A DNA stretch of 48,562 bases from Octopus bimaculoides (GCF_001194135.2 NC_068981.1:87473046-87521607), one strand, 5' to 3'; counted from the first letter of the stretch, positions 1-11,914 are shown. The notes: generated by a model from the sequence alone, not told the origin. Made by a program: numbers and translations.

Positions 1-91
1 CTTTGCTACCCTGATATCTATTAACCAATTTATTTTGTCGGAGTTAATTGTTAACTAAGAGAAAATAAATACATAAAATATATATATATAT

Positions 92-408
92 GAAGCCGCA
101 TGGCCTAGTGGTTAAGGCAGTCAGCTCACATTCGTAAATTCGATTCCCAGCAACATGCTGTGTCCTTGAGCAAGACACTTTATTTCACTTGGCTCCAGTC
201 CACTCAACTGGTAAAAATGAGTAGTACCTGTATTTCAAAGGGCCAGCCTTGTCACACCCTGTGTCATGCTGAATTTCCCTGAGAACTACATTAAGGGTAC
301 ATGTGTCTGTGGAGTGCTCAGTCACATGCACATTAATTTCAGGAGCAGACTGTTCTGTTGATCAGATGAACCGGAACTCTCATTGTTGTAGCCAATGGAA
401 TGCCAGTT
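92..408 (+). mobile_element. tRNA-derived SINE (degenerate; shares its 3' core with the copies at 2340 and 20263)
   Basis: tRNA-like head TGGCCTAGTGGTTAAG ... TTCGATTCC followed by the shared core GAGAACTACATTAAGGGTACATGTGTCTGTGGAGTGCTCAG. Confidence 0.8.
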
Positions 409-492
409 AACATATATATACAAGGTATATATATGTCTCTCAGTGTAAATGAGAACATTGTCAATGTGTACATAATAAAGCAGCATACTCAC

Positions 493-523
493 CTTCACTA
501 ATGCCAAGAAGGAAGCAAAAAAG
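493..523 (-). CDS. Putative coding exon (LFCFLLGISE+G) of an unidentified gene continuing off the left edge
   Basis: ttctcatttaattag acceptor and gtgagt donor; 31 nt; in frame with the 1745-1665 exon; ends in phase 1. Confidence 0.5.
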
Positions 524-559
524 CTAATTAAATGAGAACAGTGGCACATAAGACAACCA

Positions 560-736
560 TGCTGGTGACACATAAAGACACCCAGTACACTATTGGTGCT
601 AGGAAAGGCATCTAGCCATAGAAACGAAGCTAAATCAGACTGGAACCTGGTGCAGCTAGCTCTCCAGCTTACCAGTTCCAGTCAAACTGTCTTACTCGTG
701 CCAGCGTGAAAAACAGACACTAAATGATGATGGTGA
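560..736 (+). mobile_element. RTE-type LINE/SINE 3' tail
   Basis: Recurrent motif TAGGAAGGGCATC...CCAGCATGGAA...(GAT)n, seen in many copies across the window. Confidence 0.7.
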
Positions 737-1129
737 TATATGGAAAACAAAGTGCCTACCCTAAGTAGACCCAATAAAGAAAACAACAACTGATGGTGGA
801 CAGCTTTACAATCAACAGCCTTTAAAGATATGAAGAGTAGAGAAAGTAGCAGGAACATCAGATATGTTGAAAATAACTGGCCAAGTAGGATTTGTGCTAG
901 TCACTCACATAGTGCTGTGAGATATTATCCTCAACAAGAATCAACTACAACAGCAAAGGAGATGTTCTACAATGGGGCTACTGCAGAGGCATTGAATTCA
1001 TGAACCAAGTTATGGAAACAGAAAGAGTTATAGCACAGCTAATTAAGGAAAACAAATGAGTTCAAATGAGATGTGTTTTTGATGTACAAAGATGACGAAC
1101 TACCAACAGCTCTATTTATTGGAACAACT

Positions 1130-1320
1130 ACAGACGTTCTTACTAAAAAAAAGCCAACTGAGTATGTCAGCATAGAGAAAGCAATTTATCAATGACCTAG
1201 TTCTCATTAACTGAATTTGTCACAAATTCAGATAAGGAATTCCAAACTTAAAAGCAACTTAGAACAGAGAGGTCTCAAAGTAAACCTAAGAAAGACTAAA
1301 ATTATAGCTAGCAGGATAAA
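1130..1320 (+). mobile_element. Degenerate RTE reverse-transcriptase fragment
   Basis: Broken frames reading ..DLVL..SNLEQRGLKVNLRKTKI; homologous to the fragment at 9540-9650. Confidence 0.55.
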
Positions 1321-1664
1321 AAACAGGACCTCATTATCAGAAATATAAATTACTACCCTGTTGAATCAAGAAGTACAGAGAAATTTGGTATCCATCAATT
1401 TCTCTCTCTAGTACTCCCTCTTCCATCAGCCTGTCTCCCTCCTCAATCATATTTTTATTCAATCTTCTTACTATCTTTCTTTACCCTTCTTGGATTGACA
1501 ATATAGTATGTGAGAAATGACATATGCATAATGAGAGGAGTACCAAGGTTGCTAGTTATTTTATACAAAAAAAAAACTGCTTATAGTTCCTAGCGAAGCC
1601 CAAACTGATTGAATCAATGCCTGCCCAAAGACATCTTGTCTCTGATTCAGTGCATGTGGCTTAC

Positions 1665-1745
1665 CATCAAAATGTAAGTGAACAGTGGTGATGCTGTTGT
1701 TGAAGTCACCTTCCAGCTACTCCAGATGGGAACTGCACTTGGCAT
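1665..1745 (-). CDS. Putative first coding exon (MPSAVPIWSSWKVTSTTASPLFTYILM) of an unidentified secreted or membrane protein gene
   Basis: ATG at 1745; 27 open codons ending at a strong ATG|gtaagc donor in phase 0; joins exon 523-493 to give a hydrophobic core. Confidence 0.45.
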
Positions 1746-2124
1746 TCAGCCAAATTATTGATTACCAGCCGTCCTAAGCATTCTTATTACAGAAAAATGC
1801 TATGAGAGAAACTAAAAAATACTGCTACTCAAAGATAAAAATTACTACAAATCAGTTAGTTTACAGAACAAGGATGTAAATTATTCAACTACATTTTTAA
1901 ACAACCTTAAGCCAACAGGAACCCCTCCAAACAATCTGATGGTAAGTCTTAGGGTATCTATTATGCTATTTCATAACCTAGATTCTCCAAAATTTTTCAA
2001 GACTCGTCATGGAAACCAATGTCAGCACTGGAGTCCATGTAATCAACTCGCTCCTCTCTCTAAAATTGCTGGCCTTGCACCAAAATTTGAAACAATTATC
2101 ATTATTATTACTATTATTATTATT

Positions 2125-2327
2125 AAGGTGGCAAGCTGGAATTGTTAGCATGCCAGACAAAATGCTTAGCAGCATTTCATTTGCCTGTATGTTCTGAGTT
2201 CAAATGAGATTGATTGAGCTTTTCAGGGTTGATGAAATAAGTACAAGCTGAGCACTGGGGTTGATGTAATTGATTAACCTCTAACCTCATCCTTAAAATT
2301 GCAGTCTTTGTTCCTATGATAGAAAAA
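2125..2327 (+). mobile_element. Abundant SINE (AAGGTGGCAAGCTGG...GTTCTGAGTTCAAAT head)
   Basis: Same head at 18898 and fragments at 18530, 21370 and 28705; simple-repeat tail. Confidence 0.7.
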
Positions 2328-2339
2328 ACTACTACTAAT

Positions 2340-2717
2340 TGTTGTTGTTGGCACTCCGTCGCTTACGACATCGAGGGTTGCAGTTGATCCGATCAACGGA
2401 ACAGCCTGCTCGTGAAATTAACGTGCAAGTGGCTGAGCACTCCACAGACACGTGTACACTTAACGTAGTTCTCAGGGATATTCAGCGTGACAAGGCTGAC
2501 CCTTTGAATTACAGGCACAACAGAAACAGGAAGTAAGAGTGAGATAAAGTTGTGGTGTAAGAGTACAGCAGGGTTTGCCACAATCTCCTGCCGGAGTCTC
2601 GTGAAGCTTTAAGTGTTTTCGCTCAATAAACACTCACAACGCCCGGTCTGGGAATCGAAACTGCAATCCTATGACCGCGAGTCCGCTGCCCTAACCACTG
2701 GGCCATTGCACCTCCAC
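2340..2717 (-). mobile_element. Full-length tRNA-derived SINE with 12-bp TSD
   Basis: Reverse complement of the 20263-20628 copy; direct repeat ACTACTACTAAT at 2328-2339 and 2718-2729; (TTG)n tail. Confidence 0.9.
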
Positions 2718-3390
2718 ACTACTACTAATACACATTACAGAAACTTATCTACTGAATTCTGCACTTCAGGAAATTGTAAAGCATGATTACTATTTTCAGG
2801 TTATGGCTGGTAATTCTGCCCTTTCAGAAACTCAGGTAAATTTTAATTTTAAAAGAAAAATCACATTCCATGTTTTTTATAAAAAAAAGTTAATTTTTTT
2901 TATACAAAAATATATTTAGTGTAATTTTAATACAACCAGCCACTCCTGTTATTTTTCTGACTTCATTATCTACATCTGATATTTAGTCTACTAGCTCAGT
3001 TCTTTAATTTTTTTTCTCCTATAAGCTATGCTTTTCATTGCTTTCAACATTCTTGCAAACACATACTCTCACATGCCCCTTCTCCACACCTAGTTTTTCA
3101 CTTTGTTCAACACTGCTGCTTAACAACTACTTGCATATGCAGATTTAATTTAACTTGTTTTTTTTGTTGCACTCACCTTGGGTTTTGTTAGTAACTTTAA
3201 TCATAGTGTTTCCACCCATATTGTACAATTACCATCACCTCTTTCATTTTCTCATTTTCATTCTTGCATTTGAAATGTCAATACGTGGACTCAAAAGTTT
3301 TAGTATTTAGGGTGGATTTCTTCTTTTGCTCTCTCCCGCTGTCAGTTTTAACTACAAATGGGTACAGTATAGTGCACGACTCTCATCCAA

Positions 3391-3600
3391 TTAAACCAGC
3401 CATATCCAACCAAAATATTCCAGTTTTATGTTCAAACTGGCCAAATCTGGCTTTCTCACACCGACCATACAAAATCATTCTAAAAATTAACAGCTACCTC
3501 ATCAAAATCTCATAGCTACAAGATAATGCACAATTAAGTCAAAACAATGTGAATAAATAAGCATTACATTTGATAGAATAATCTGAATGCTAAAGGGTTA
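3391..3600 (-). mobile_element. piggyBac-type MITE, one end degenerate
   Basis: Ends in ATGCTAAAGGGTTA; internal sequence matches the TTAA-CCCTTT...AAAGGG-TTAA copies at 36830, 41937 and 42271. Confidence 0.75.
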
Positions 3601-4752
3601 CGCCAGCATGAGGAATTAGTCCCAAAAGAAGTCATATATGACATTAAATATGATTTCTGCAAAGGTTTTATGCAGAAAACTTAGTCTATTGCAAAATATT
3701 AACATTTACAATGGGAACAATACCTGACAATAAAAACAAAATTAGGTCATGTTTTCAAGTAGCTACTCCGTTAGTGTACAAACATTTTTTCATAGATCTG
3801 CTATGATGCATAATATAAAATGGGTCAAAGGTGTATGGTTTGATAAGCATAGGTCATTCAAGCAGAAACAAAAAGCTGTGATGATTTGTAGCAAGAGAAA
3901 GATACATCTGATGCAAACCTTTTCTGACCAGTTAGTAAAGGCTGCTTTGAAAGTTTAAGTGTTTTAATTTGCAGGACATTAAAATGATTGGTGAAGCTGT
4001 TACAGATTACCCTCAAGAGCAAAACAAAATGATTGATGTAGGAGGTTAGACAGATATACAATGTTGGTGTTTTCTTTTGTTTTTGAGGCATGTGTCTACT
4101 AGTATTTTTGGTGACAAATAAAATAACAGCAAAGTTCCAGAAATAATTGACATTCCTGTAAAAAATGTTGATAGTATAAAATTAAAGCACCTATTCATTA
4201 CTCTAAATATCAAAAGGCTTTCAATGTTATATCAAGTTTAATCTACCTGTATTTTACATTGAAATAAGGTTTGGAATACAAGCCGTTTCCAACACTGGTT
4301 TACAAATTTTTTACCCTACTGTAGAAAGTTTTGGTGTCAGACATGACATTTCCAACAAAGCATTACACATTTTATATAATTCACCAAGCTATTCAGTGGA
4401 TTTAAATGATATTTCAAATAATGTCAGAGTGGAATATATCCCCACTGCCCAAAAAAACACAGATTCTTTGCTCCAGCTACATAAACACAGTATGAAAGCT
4501 AAATGAAAGGCATATTATCCAAGAACTTTGAAACAACTAATAAGAGCAATTGATGGCCAGAGGAGGGGGGTAGACCTAGTTAATAACAACTAAAAAAGTT
4601 AATTCAATATTATGAGTGAAGTAGATGTGAAATCAACTATGGCGTTTGGAAAAGTATAAGGCCAGACTATCTGTGACTTTACAGATATTCCACCACTACA
4701 AAGACTACATCATGTTCAGCAAGCCATCGTGGCATTGGTAAATGATGTAGGA

Positions 4753-5082
4753 TAAGATTTCTCATCCATTTTTTATCTATGGACCCCTTTCATTACTATT
4801 TTATTCTTGTGGACCCCCATAGTCATTCTATGTTTAGAAACTAGTTTTATAGAAACTTCTTTCAAAATTCCTGTTTTGTTTTTCACACATTAACTTGAGT
4901 AGGTTGAACAATGTAAAACATTGGAGAAAGAAACCTACCAACTTTTAATTCTTTGCAATACATCTAAAGCAAAATTTTTTTCAAGAGCTTTTGTGGATTT
5001 CCAATTTACTATTTGGTTACGTGGACCCCAAAAATCTTGTATGAACCCTCAGGGCCAAATGGACCCTGGCTGACAACCACTG
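4753..5082. mobile_element. hAT-type MITE
   Basis: Right end GGCTGACAACCACTG resembles the GGTTGAGAACCACTG TIR; 8-bp TSD ATGTAGGA/ATGTAGGG; internal GGACCCC subterminal repeats; related to the 41767 element. Confidence 0.65.
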
Positions 5083-5148
5083 ATGTAGGGTCTGACGAAA
5101 TGTGATTGAGTTGCTAGTTTCAGAAAGTTTATCTAATTAGAAGCTTAT

Positions 5149-5290
5149 GCGGAATTTTGTCAGTGAACAGGTCGCGGTCTCAAAGCGACGAAAATATTTT
5201 GGCAAATTAAATTTAAATGTTGAAGTGAATCTAACGCTTTTTGTATGTTTCTTAAATGGCTTATAAACACCTTCCACGCTGCAATTGTTT
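5149..5290 (+). mobile_element. 142-bp CpG-rich insertion with 9-bp TSD carrying a hammerhead-like motif (Penelope pLTR- or retrozyme-like)
   Basis: GAAGCTTAT direct repeats at 5140-5148 and 5291-5299; no TIRs; CpGs retained in a CpG-poor background. Confidence 0.75.
5153..5208 (+). ncRNA. Type I hammerhead ribozyme candidate, G3-C8 core variant
   Basis: Stem I TTTGTCA/TGGCAAA (7 bp, one G.U); core GTGAACA plus one extra G; stem II GTCGC/GCGAC; GAAA; palindromic stem III AATATT; H17=U at 5199. Confidence 0.7.
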
Positions 5291-6720
5291 GAAGCTTATA
5301 CTTTTATAACAAAAATGTAGATATAGAAGCTACTTCAGCGGGCTGCAAAGAATTTGATTAAAAGTTGGCTTCTATAGATGAAAGTCTCTATGTTTTTGTT
5401 AATAACAATCCTAATCATGAGTGCAACATGAAAATTACAACCAGTTCATAATGAGCTATTCCTTCACGAAGCTATACAAAGATAGACCACCATAAATGTC
5501 AATTTTGGATTACATAGGAATTTGTGGAATTGGTACCAATGAAGGGAACATGAACAGTGTAAGACATCTTTGTAAGTTTGGTTGGAGCATTGAATAAAGT
5601 AGGTAATGATAGGATGCAAGCAGTGGGATCTCTTTACAGATAGAGCACCACAAATCGGTAGCATGGGAATTCTGGATAGAAAAGCATTTTCTTAATCAAG
5701 ATTTTGTCATAGTTTGGTGGTGGTTCCAATTTTTAACAAAAGACCGTTTGTGGAACCTCTGTTCCATCTTTAAGAATTCTAAATAAATGACAGCAATCCC
5801 TACAGCATCTAGAAACAAATCTATAGATTTTTAAATGTTTTATTAATCTACTTATAATGCATATTTTTTGTGCAAGTAAGCACTAGGAATTTCGTAGGTG
5901 GTCTTAAAAATTTGGGGATACACTTGCTTTTAATTGATCGACTAATGAAACTGAAATAATTAGAGATAAATTTAAGCAATTTAATTTTTTGTAATTATAA
6001 TTCCTGAGTTAAAAATTATCGTCTGCTCAGAATCAGAACGGCTGGAATAATTCGGTTCTTTCCGGATAGTTTCGAGGAAGAAGATGACAAGAGTGAGACA
6101 CGATAAAAGAGATATTTGTGAGAGATTGCTTCTTCCTATCACGGCCAATTCGAGTTTCTCCATTTTCTTTCTCAAAATTTTCCCGGGTTCTGATTGAAGT
6201 CTAACGGCCAAGCTCAATTCGAATTGTAGGGAGATATCAATGTGTGTAGATTTCGTATTCATGGGGGTGAAGTTTTGCCAGACAGCTTATTCAACTAGTG
6301 GACTGGTCGAATAAAACCCTCAACACGAATGTTTACACGAAATTTCACTTTACTCTCAGTATAGTCTTCCCGACAGTAGATATTTCGTTGCTATTTTTAA
6401 ACTTGTTTTAAAATAAAATCTCAACACACAAATATATATATATATATANNNNNNNNNNTATACAACAAGTTCCTGGTATTCATCTAATATTAGGATCCCT
6501 AGAAGAATGAATTAGGAATTGTGGTTACACTATTTTTTGTAACTGTTAAAATTGATGGAGTAATTTCTTCAGTCTATTAAACGAATATCTAATTACACCA
6601 TATTCAACTGACCAAAACACATTTACATGCAAATAAGTTTTCTTGTTTTATCCTTATTATTACAAAAAAATTTAAACCCCACAGTACTGCTTCCTCCCCC
6701 ACACCACCATATACTTATGT

Positions 6721-6860
6721 ATATGTACGTTAGCGCGCGTATATCTGTGTGTGTGTACGTACGTTAGCGCGCGTAAGTATGTGTGTACGTACGTTAGCGC
6801 GCGTATGTATGTATGTACATCAGCGCGCGAAGCTATGTGCGTATGTACGTCAGAACGCAT
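6721..6860. repeat. CpG-rich minisatellite, unit about 30 bp (GTACGTTAGCGCGCGT core)
   Basis: 4-5 visible degenerate copies embedded in (GT/AT)n. Confidence 0.85.
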
Positions 6861-7333
6861 GTATGTTAAATGAGTACGTGAGTGCATATGTGGAAGCGTC
6901 TTTCTAGAGGTAAGGGGAGAAGTAAGAGAAGAAATCAGCTGTCTGATTTCCGGTCACGCTAACTTTTGGCGGGTGTTGGAGAACAATGAAGAGAAGTTTA
7001 TATATCAGCTGCTCAAGTAATTTCATTCACAGAAACGTTAGATAACAAAACTTTCAAGAAAAATAAACTTAACAAATTTTTTTTTATACAGCATTGAATT
7101 GTAATTCAATTTTTCTTTTCTCGAGAATATGGTGCCATTTCTCTAGTTTGAATAGGGAGATGTATAAGATTAAATTTTTTTTTTTTTTGTTTTTTAAGTT
7201 AATTTCTAAAGTTTAGATTAAAAATTTGAAGGAATTTTTTTCCCACAAATATGGGAAAACAGATATGCATGCATACATGATTATTTGTAAAGTTAAATTT
7301 ACTTTTCTACACCGAAAGCTGTTTATTGTTATC

Positions 7334-7427
7334 AACTGGTTATAATTATCATAGAAGTTAACCGGTTATTATCATGAAATTTACAACCGGTTATGAATTT
7401 AACTGGTTATTGTTATCAAAATCGGTG
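7334..7427. repeat. Cluster of AACYGGTT palindromic motifs
   Basis: AACTGGTT 7334, AACCGGTT 7360, AACCGGTT 7385, AACTGGTT 7401, and a degenerate copy at 7420. Confidence 0.8.
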
Positions 7428-7985
7428 ATTTCCAAACTTTTACGTTCGCTTATTCTTATCAAGTTTTGTTCCAAAGTGATCACAATAAGTAGCTTTTACT
7501 TAATACAAAAGTCAGTCTATAGTCATTTCGACTGCTAGAAATAGCAGCCAAATTCCTTAAATGACAGATTTTGAAAAAAAGAACGTAGTTAAGACATCAT
7601 GGGCACAGCTGGGACGCCTTTGATCATAATCTTGCTCAATTAGAACTGACTTGTAGCTAAACAACAGTTATTTATATAAATTGCAGGAATTCTAAATATC
7701 AACCCGGAACCGAATCTAGTCTTCGTCATATTGTCATTAAATATGCAGAAGAAAGTTTTTCTAGTTCATTTCCCAGTCATTATGCAGTAAAATGTAAATT
7801 GGATTTACTCGTCCATTAGAGCGTTTGTTTATTAACAATTAAAACGATTAAAATAGAATACAACTCACAGAAAAAAAATATCAATGTATAATCAATATAA
7901 AGTAAGAATAAGTAAATAAAAGTTTTACGTATTTTTTAAAGTTTTATATTACATTTATAGAAAAAATAAAACTAACTTCGCAGAA

Positions 7986-8019
<34 letters not shown>

Positions 8020-9329
8020 TAAGGGAAAAATAAGTAATTGGATAACTATAACAACTTTACCTGTCCTTGTTTGGCCATTTTTTCGCTAAGGAAACACAAA
8101 GCTTTTGAGTTTTAAAAAAATGTTATCACGATAGGTTCGATACCCTTATGAGCTGGCGTGCTTTCTGAATTCCATGTGAATAGATTTCGCGGGCTTTACT
8201 CCAAATTGCTATCGTTGGCGGAAGTCGAAACGAAACTATGTAACTAGAAGTTGTAAGAGAAAACATTTTTGTCTTATTATTGTTAATTATTTTTTCCGTT
8301 AGTGAAATAAATTTAATATGTCTTTCTAACTGCTACAATATATATGTATATATATGTGTGTGTATTTATATATAAAGATTTGTTTGTGTGTTTTAGTAGT
8401 GTCACTGGAACGAAATAGTTGCGTTTCATCTCTTCAATTTTAGATGTTAAACTTGCACCCTTCATTAAAAAAAAGGCGAAAAATTTTCCCAATTTCTCGT
8501 TTGTCCATTTGGTTTAAAGTAATATGATTCCAATCTACCAGAATATTAGTTGCAATAACCCCATTAACTATCCAATTTATTCTCGAATTCATAAAAACGA
8601 TATGTTATTGGTACATGCCTCTTTTATTACAAACCTTATGAAACTAAAGAGAGCTTTTGGGGGGGGGGGGTTCAAGTCTTTTAGAGTCTACTTCCCAGAG
8701 ACTGTTCTGAAAATATATGTATTGATGTTGTAGGTTCGGAGATGATTTAAAGCTGATCATTTTAGACGATTTGCGTTTTTTACTTTTATTAGTTTAGAAT
8801 TTCATAGAAGACTATATCAACCAAGGATAGATTTTTGTAAACTGAAATGACAATCTTAATTGAAAACTTTGATATTTTCTAACTGTTTTTTTACACAAGA
8901 TAACACAGAAGTTCAAGTTTGCTGACATGGATGTCTGTCAGTCACCCAAGCAAACAACTTCCTTCAAGATATATACCATACTGGTGGTGCTCCAGCAAGG
9001 CCACAGCCTTAGAGCTGAAAAAGAATAAGAGAATATTATTACAAATAAAAGAATAAGAGAAAATTATTACAAATGTAAATAAAGGAAATCAGCAGCAGCA
9101 TTTAGTATCCAATTTTCCATGCTTGCATGGGTTGGATCCAGTTTATTGAGGTAGATTTTCTATGGCCAGATGCCCTTCCTTCCTTTCAGCAATTCTCACC
9201 TGTGGCCAGAACTGTTCTCACAGAGTAGTGGAAATGAATGACATGTATGCCAGCGACAATTATTTTGCAACATGCTATGTCAAGACAAGGACACACACAC
9301 ACATATATACACACCTCACTCTGTGATAT

Positions 9330-9987
9330 GGTAGTCTCTGTGGAAGCTAGGAGTGGACGAATGGCTTGTGAAAGCAGTACAGACCATATACAGGGGTGTT
9401 GTTAGCAAGGTAAGAAGGGTTAGCCATGTGTACAGGTAGATGTTCCCCAAGGTTCAGTTCTCAGCCCCCACTCATTCATCATCATCTTGCAGGCCATAAC
9501 AGGAATTTAACACTGGAATCCTATGGAAATTACTACATGCTGATGATCTGGCCCTCACAGCAGAATCTAGAACAAAATTAGAAAATAAATTCCTAGTGTG
9601 GAAACAATCTGGAATCAAAGGGTCTTAGAGTTAACTTAGCAAAGACCAAGCAAGAAATCAAGAAATCAGACAAGACCCTTCACCCTTCAGGTAAATGGCC
9701 CTACTCAATATGTAGGAAGAGTGTAGGCAGAAATTCCATTCAATGTACTCAGGGCAAACTATGAACACTCATGAGGTGCAGTGGAATAGTAGGAAGGTTA
9801 AGAGAGAAAGAAGTTGGAATGTGGAAGGTGTACAAGAGCCATAAAGACCACATACACAGGAAACTAATTTCCTCAAATGTCACAGGTTCTCTATCAGTGG
9901 AGGAGGTTGTACAGAAAGTGTAATTGCTAGATTAAGTATAGGAGGGAGAAAGTTCAGAGAGCTTTTTCACCTCCGTTGGCTACCAAG

Positions 9988-10025
<38 letters not shown>

Positions 10026-10150
10026 CAAGTGAAAGGAAGATTGTATGATGCATGTGTACAAACTGCAATGCTACATGGTAATGAGACATGGACCCTGAAT
10101 GCAGAGGATATGCAAAGACTAGAGAGGAATGAAACTGGTATGCTCTGCCA
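9330..10150 (+). mobile_element. RTE-clade LINE reverse-transcriptase remnant
   Basis: Frameshifted ..PQGSVLSP.SFII..(W)KLLHADDLAL..GLRVNLAKTK..LYDACVQTAMLHGNETW; homologous to 44640-45030. Confidence 0.8.
9990..10023. repeat. (CT)n microsatellite inside the RTE remnant
   Basis: Direct reading. Confidence 0.95.
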
Positions 10151-11914
10151 ACTCAATACCCTTTGGTAAATAAAATGAAAAAAAAAAGTTTGTGAGATGC
10201 TAAGTGACACTGGAATACTAGAAAACTAGTGATAGTCTGTGTTAGTAAAATTTAAGTACCAAAAGTTTGCAAAATAGAATAAATTATTTTGCCATGGGGA
10301 ATAGAAGGCTAATATTTCAGAAAGAGCTTGGTCACCAATAAGAGTTTCTAACCAAAAAGTTAATCTTCTTTTCCTCATTGCAAAATAATTTATTCCACTT
10401 GAGAAACTTTTTCTAAAATACAGTTTCTTCTCAATAAAAGATTTAGCGAGTTAAGTATAGATTGTTGAAGAACATTTCTGAACCATTCTTCAAATTAAGG
10501 CTAAGAAGAATCTCTTCAACAATCATCATGTTCATCATTTAGTGCCCATCTTCCATACTGGCATGGGTTGGATGGTTTGAGAAGATCCAACAAGGGCGAA
10601 GGACTGCATTGTACTCAAATGTCTTCATTTGCATGATTATAGCTGGATGCCCTTTCTAATATCAGTCACTTTACAGAGTATACTCAGTGCTTTTTTCATG
10701 GCACCAGCATTAATGAAGTTTCCAAGCAGCATGCAAGACTAAGATCCACTTTGACTGAATAGGGCTACAGTAAAGAAGGAGATGACTTTATGCTAGGAGA
10801 TGAGAGGTTAAAGTATGAAAGAGGAGGCCAGAAAGGATGTGGTATTCAAGATAGAAACACTAGCATAGCTAGAAGGGGCAGTACACACCAGGAGGCACAT
10901 TTATAGGGCAGCATCACTTTTGGGTTTGCTGTAGGTAATTTGTATTTTTTGTGGGAGCCTGGACATAGCAAACTGAAGGGCTGCCATGGGCAGTACACAC
11001 TCTGGCAATGCTAGGGGATAGAAATCTGCACTGGTATGGACATGTGATGCATATGGATAAGGACAGCTGTATAAAGAAATGCTGATCACTTAACATGATG
11101 GAGCTTGTGTAAGATAGAGACCCAGGAAGACACACAATAAAGTAGTGAAGGCTGAGCTCTGTGAACAATATGCAGTACTTGAGAAGACACGGCCATCCCA
11201 TTGAAACTAAAATTCTTAAAGCACAATATGCATATATACATACACACACACACACACAAATACAAACACAAAGCCTTCATATGCCATTCCTATCACTCAT
11301 CATTTCTCTCACACCTTTTTATCACCTGGCTACCTGCAGTATTTTGTAGCTGTAATTAAATGTGAACAGAACTGCATGTCATCATTTTTTTCTCTAATAC
11401 CACCTATCTTTCTCACTACCCAAAAACACTTCACTTGATATCCTTTATTCTTAATATTATCTCTCTCTACTCACATTTTACATTGACCATCTTTCTATAC
11501 TACCAAATTATCTCTCCTCTTCCACTATTATACACCCTTGTTCTCTCCATACACTACACCTGCCCCTCCTTTCACATTATTACAACCTGCTTATCCACAT
11601 GTCATTTCTCTTTCTCACATCTTTCCCCTGTCTACTATATCATTAGTGCTACTCTTCACCACTTTCTGTACTGTCATTCATCACCTACTCTCTCCTTCTT
11701 CCCCCAACTTATGTATCTGTATCATTAATTATCCCACACGTTTTGTTTATTACTCACTACTTCCATGCTTCAACCCTATCCAGCCACTACAATCATCACC
11801 TACTCTTCTTGCAAACATACAAGGGGAAGTTAAAACTTATCCGCAGTTTTGCCATAGCATATCTTTATTATTGTCACACTGCTTTCTGCACATGCATGCT
11901 TATAGTTGGTACTA

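Noticed and set aside
2800-2835. 36-nt plus-strand segment with AG/GT ends (VMAGNSALSETQ)
   Set aside because: No partner exons on +; such signals are common by chance in AT-rich DNA.
5092-5115. CTGACGA-AAT-GTG-ATT-GAG hammerhead-like core
   Set aside because: GAG instead of GAAA, only a 3-bp AT stem, and no stem I or III.
4380-5830. Coding-like composition with 30-66-codon open stretches
   Set aside because: Stops occur in all frames, two insertions interrupt it, and no motif was recognised; treated as intron or old TE debris.
5981-6262. 93-aa minus-strand ORF with one hydrophobic segment
   Set aside because: No donor site, no recognisable family, and probably a chance ORF in a CpG-retaining region.
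8061-8085. MAKQGQ micro-exon resembling an internal CHMP2A peptide
   Set aside because: The context is SEKMAKQGQ and no other CHMP2A exons were found. It is kept only as a possible UTR or first exon.
11290-11900. Long TC-rich ORFs (97-133 aa), with similar GA-rich tracts near 27000, 28000 and 31000
   Set aside because: Low-complexity, highly decayed repeat sequence with no motifs; the family could not be assigned.
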